Shown piece by piece: positions 61,718 through 64,000 of a stretch of DNA of 64,000 bases. Below the pieces are notes generated by a model. The model was not told where the DNA came from. It worked only from the letters and a program-made list of their open reading frames with translations, and searched no databases. A program made the position numbers and the translations under genes. Position 1 is the first letter of the stretch, and each line of letters opens with the position of its first letter. This DNA comes from Stegostoma tigrinum. Taxonomy: Eukaryota. Where the stretch lies: the NCBI RefSeq assembly GCF_030684315.1, contig NC_081391.1, positions 22,900,629 through 22,964,628 of the forward strand, given 5' to 3'.

Positions 61718-62821
61718 TCATTGAGTCAAGTTAGACACTGTTGTTCGATTTCTCCCCTGGTACTCCAACTGGAGTGACTTCGCTGTGTTCGTTTGGGCAG
61801 CTGATCTCTTGGGCCCTTGACTGTCCATTTGGCCCCTCTTAAAGGTGACCCGCTCAGTTGATGTTCTGCTGTGGTGTGCCATATACTCCTTGTAGTTCTT
61901 GGTGAGTAACATGTAGAGGAATGGGTTGATACAGCTGTTACTGTAGGTCAGGCAGGTCACAAAGAAGTTGATGTACATCTGTGCCAGTGGTGTCATACTC
62001 AGAGCTTCTTGCTTATAAAGTTTTGTCAACTGCCAGACCCAAAATGGCAGAAAGCAGGCCCAGTACAACAAGATGATGCTAAAAATCATGTACAAGACCT
62101 TCTGCTTTAGAGTACGATTTCTATTGTCCGAAACCATTCTCCCCGAGAGCCAGTAAGCTAGTGCCAACCGGATGTACAGGTATCCAATTACAATGCCTGG
62201 AGATAAAATGCTGGTATTGAATAAAATGGTGAGATACGTTTTGTAGGCTTCAGGATTCCAAGTTGGGAAGCAAATCCGCTTTGTTGACCCTGTAGGGTTG
62301 ACGGTCTCTCGTAAATGGATCATAATCATCATCGGCAAGGTCAGGAGGCAGGATAATGACCAAATGGTGGCAGTGATTATCCTTCGGCACGTTCTGGTAG
62401 CCCGGCTGGCCAGGGGTGAGGTCACAGCCCTGTATCGTTCGACGCTCATGGCTGTGAGGATGAAAATGCTGGCGTGCATGGTCAGGAGGTCCAGGCTGAG
62501 GAGGAACCTGCAGCCGATCTCCCCAAAGTACCAGTCTTTGGCAAAATATGTGCACACCACGAAAGGGATGGTGAGCAAGTATAGGAGGTCGGCCAGTGCC
62601 AGGTTGGCGATGTAAATGTACATGGATCCAGCAGACTTGATTGATCGGTTGGCGATCACCAACGTGTAGATATTGCCCAGCATGCCAAAGATACACATGA
62701 TGGTTAGGATCACCCCGAGGAGTGTTGTAATCAGGACCTCATTCACGTTACCTTCATCTGGAAGCGAGGAATTGCTGGTCAAGTTTCCTTTTGTGAGTTG
62801 GCCATTGTCAACTCTGTCCAT
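61718..62821 (-). CDS. UTS2R: Urotensin-II receptor-family class A GPCR, 367 aa, single coding exon
   Basis: Seven hydrophobic segments; NLALADLLY, LDLLTMHASIFILTAMSVERY, CFLPFWVWQL and TCLTYSNSCINPFLY match UTS2R-family motifs. Which uts2r paralog it is cannot be determined. Confidence 0.92.
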   Translation of the reverse strand: MDRVDNGQLTKGNLTSNSSLPDEGNVNEVLITTLLGVILTIMCIFGMLGNIYTLVIANRSIKSAGSMYIYIANLALADLLYLLTIPFVVCTYFAKDWYFGEIGCRFLLSLDLLTMHASIFILTAMSVERYRAVTSPLASRATRTCRRIITATIWSLSCLLTLPMMIMIHLRETVNPTGSTKRICFPTWNPEAYKTYLTILFNTSILSPGIVIGYLYIRLALAYWLSGRMVSDNRNRTLKQKVLYMIFSIILLYWACFLPFWVWQLTKLYKQEALSMTPLAQMYINFFVTCLTYSNSCINPFLYMLLTKNYKEYMAHHSRTSTERVTFKRGQMDSQGPKRSAAQTNTAKSLQLEYQGRNRTTVSNLTQ

Positions 62822-63141
62822 TTTGCCCCTCTGTTTGCTGCCAGAGTTTTTAAGTTGTCTTCCTCTTCCTGCTATCCCTTTTCAGGCCACCTGGAAAAGA
62901 ACCCACAATATATTTCATTTCAATTAGTTCAATGTTTCATTGGTTATCTTTTCTTATGTGTATTTTTTTTTGTTTATTCTTTCATGAGATGTTGAATACT
63001 AGGCCAGCATTTATTGCCTATTCCCTTATTGTCCAGCGGGCATTAAAGGTCAACCCCATTGCTGTTGGCCTGGAGTCACATGTAGGCCTGCCCAGGAAAG
63101 GACAGCAGATTTCCTTCCTTAAGGAACATGAAATGAGTGAG

Positions 63142-63362
63142 AGAGAGATAATAGAAACTGCAGGTGCTGGAGAATCCGAGATAACAAGGTATGGAGCTGG
63201 ATGAACACAGCAGGCCAAGCAGCTTCTTAGGAGCAGGAAAGCTGACGCTTCAGGCCTAGACCCTTCAATTTCTGATGAAGGCTCTAGGCCCAAAATGTCA
63301 GCCTTCCTGTTCCTAAGATGCTGCTTGGCCTGCTGTGTTCATCCAACTCCGCACTTTGTTAT
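63142..63362. mobile_element. Palindromic PLE mini-insertion inside an old SINE
   Basis: Long tail left, short tail right; catgaaatgagtgag (63127-63141) versus cataaaatgaatgag (63363-63377). Confidence 0.82.
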
Positions 63363-64000
63363 CATAAAATGAATGAGGTGGGTTTTAAGTGCCACTCGAT
63401 GGGAAGCATGCGGTCGCAATTTAATCAGCATTTTATTCCAGATTTTATCAAGTTCAAATCCCACCATCCACTGGAAGCCATGTCCCCAGAGAGTTATTCA
63501 GAAGTACCATGACTTTGTCCACCCCAGTCCAACTCCAGCACCTCCATATTAAGCCCACAGCATTCATCTGAGGTTCGGGATTACTATAATAAAAGCAAAA
63601 TTCTGCAGGCGCTGGAAATCTGAAACAAAAATAGAGAAACTCTGCAGGTCTGGCAGCCTCTGTGGAGAGAAGAGGAGTCATACTGAGGTTGAAATGTTAT
63701 CTGTTTTTCTCTCTTTCGCTAAGTTTCTCCAGTGTTCTCTGTGCTTGCTCTGTCCAGTGGCATGGCCACTGGTTGCTACCTCCCCACAATAATTCCACTT
63801 CCTTCTCTGGATGCATGTTCACAGCTTTCTGAAGCAAAGAACAGTCCCGGCCTTGACAATGTTTCTGTGCCCAGTTGACCTAGGTGTGTCGTGCCCCTCT
63901 CGAGATTTACTCCCTCTGTCTCATGTGCCTGACCCTTCTCAGGCCACATGCCTGATGTGAACCCTCTCAGACTGGTAATTGTGAAAAGTAGCTTGTGAAG

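Noticed and set aside
62250-62927. ORFs overlapping the GPCR in other frames and on the opposite strand
   Set aside because: Shadow ORFs of a real coding sequence with no independent evidence.

Overview
This is eukaryotic vertebrate DNA, most likely from a shark or ray (inferred from HE1/V-SINE-like SINEs, CR1 fragments and dense Neptune-type Penelope-like elements, PLEs). Four host genes were assembled by hand: (1) the first coding exon of an SH3BP1/ARHGAP17/ARHGAP44-family gene (minus strand, 5405-5460, rest runs off the left edge); (2) a complete 4-exon ATP5MF (plus, 27256-31872); (3) a complete 4-exon prototype galectin of 134 aa (plus, 39907-49188); (4) a urotensin-II receptor-family GPCR with a single coding exon (minus, 61718-62821). 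Most other ORFs in the track are repeat-derived or spurious. The most notable signal is a PLE/hammerhead-ribozyme system. Three PLE tail families carry minimal hammerhead motifs. Several insertions have two tails pointing outward, one long and one short, flanked by 12-16 bp target-site duplications. A 312-bp unit with one hammerhead per copy is repeated about 3.9 times at 57027-58234 and resembles a retrozyme or rolling-circle product. Family names and orthology come from recalled motifs, not database searches.
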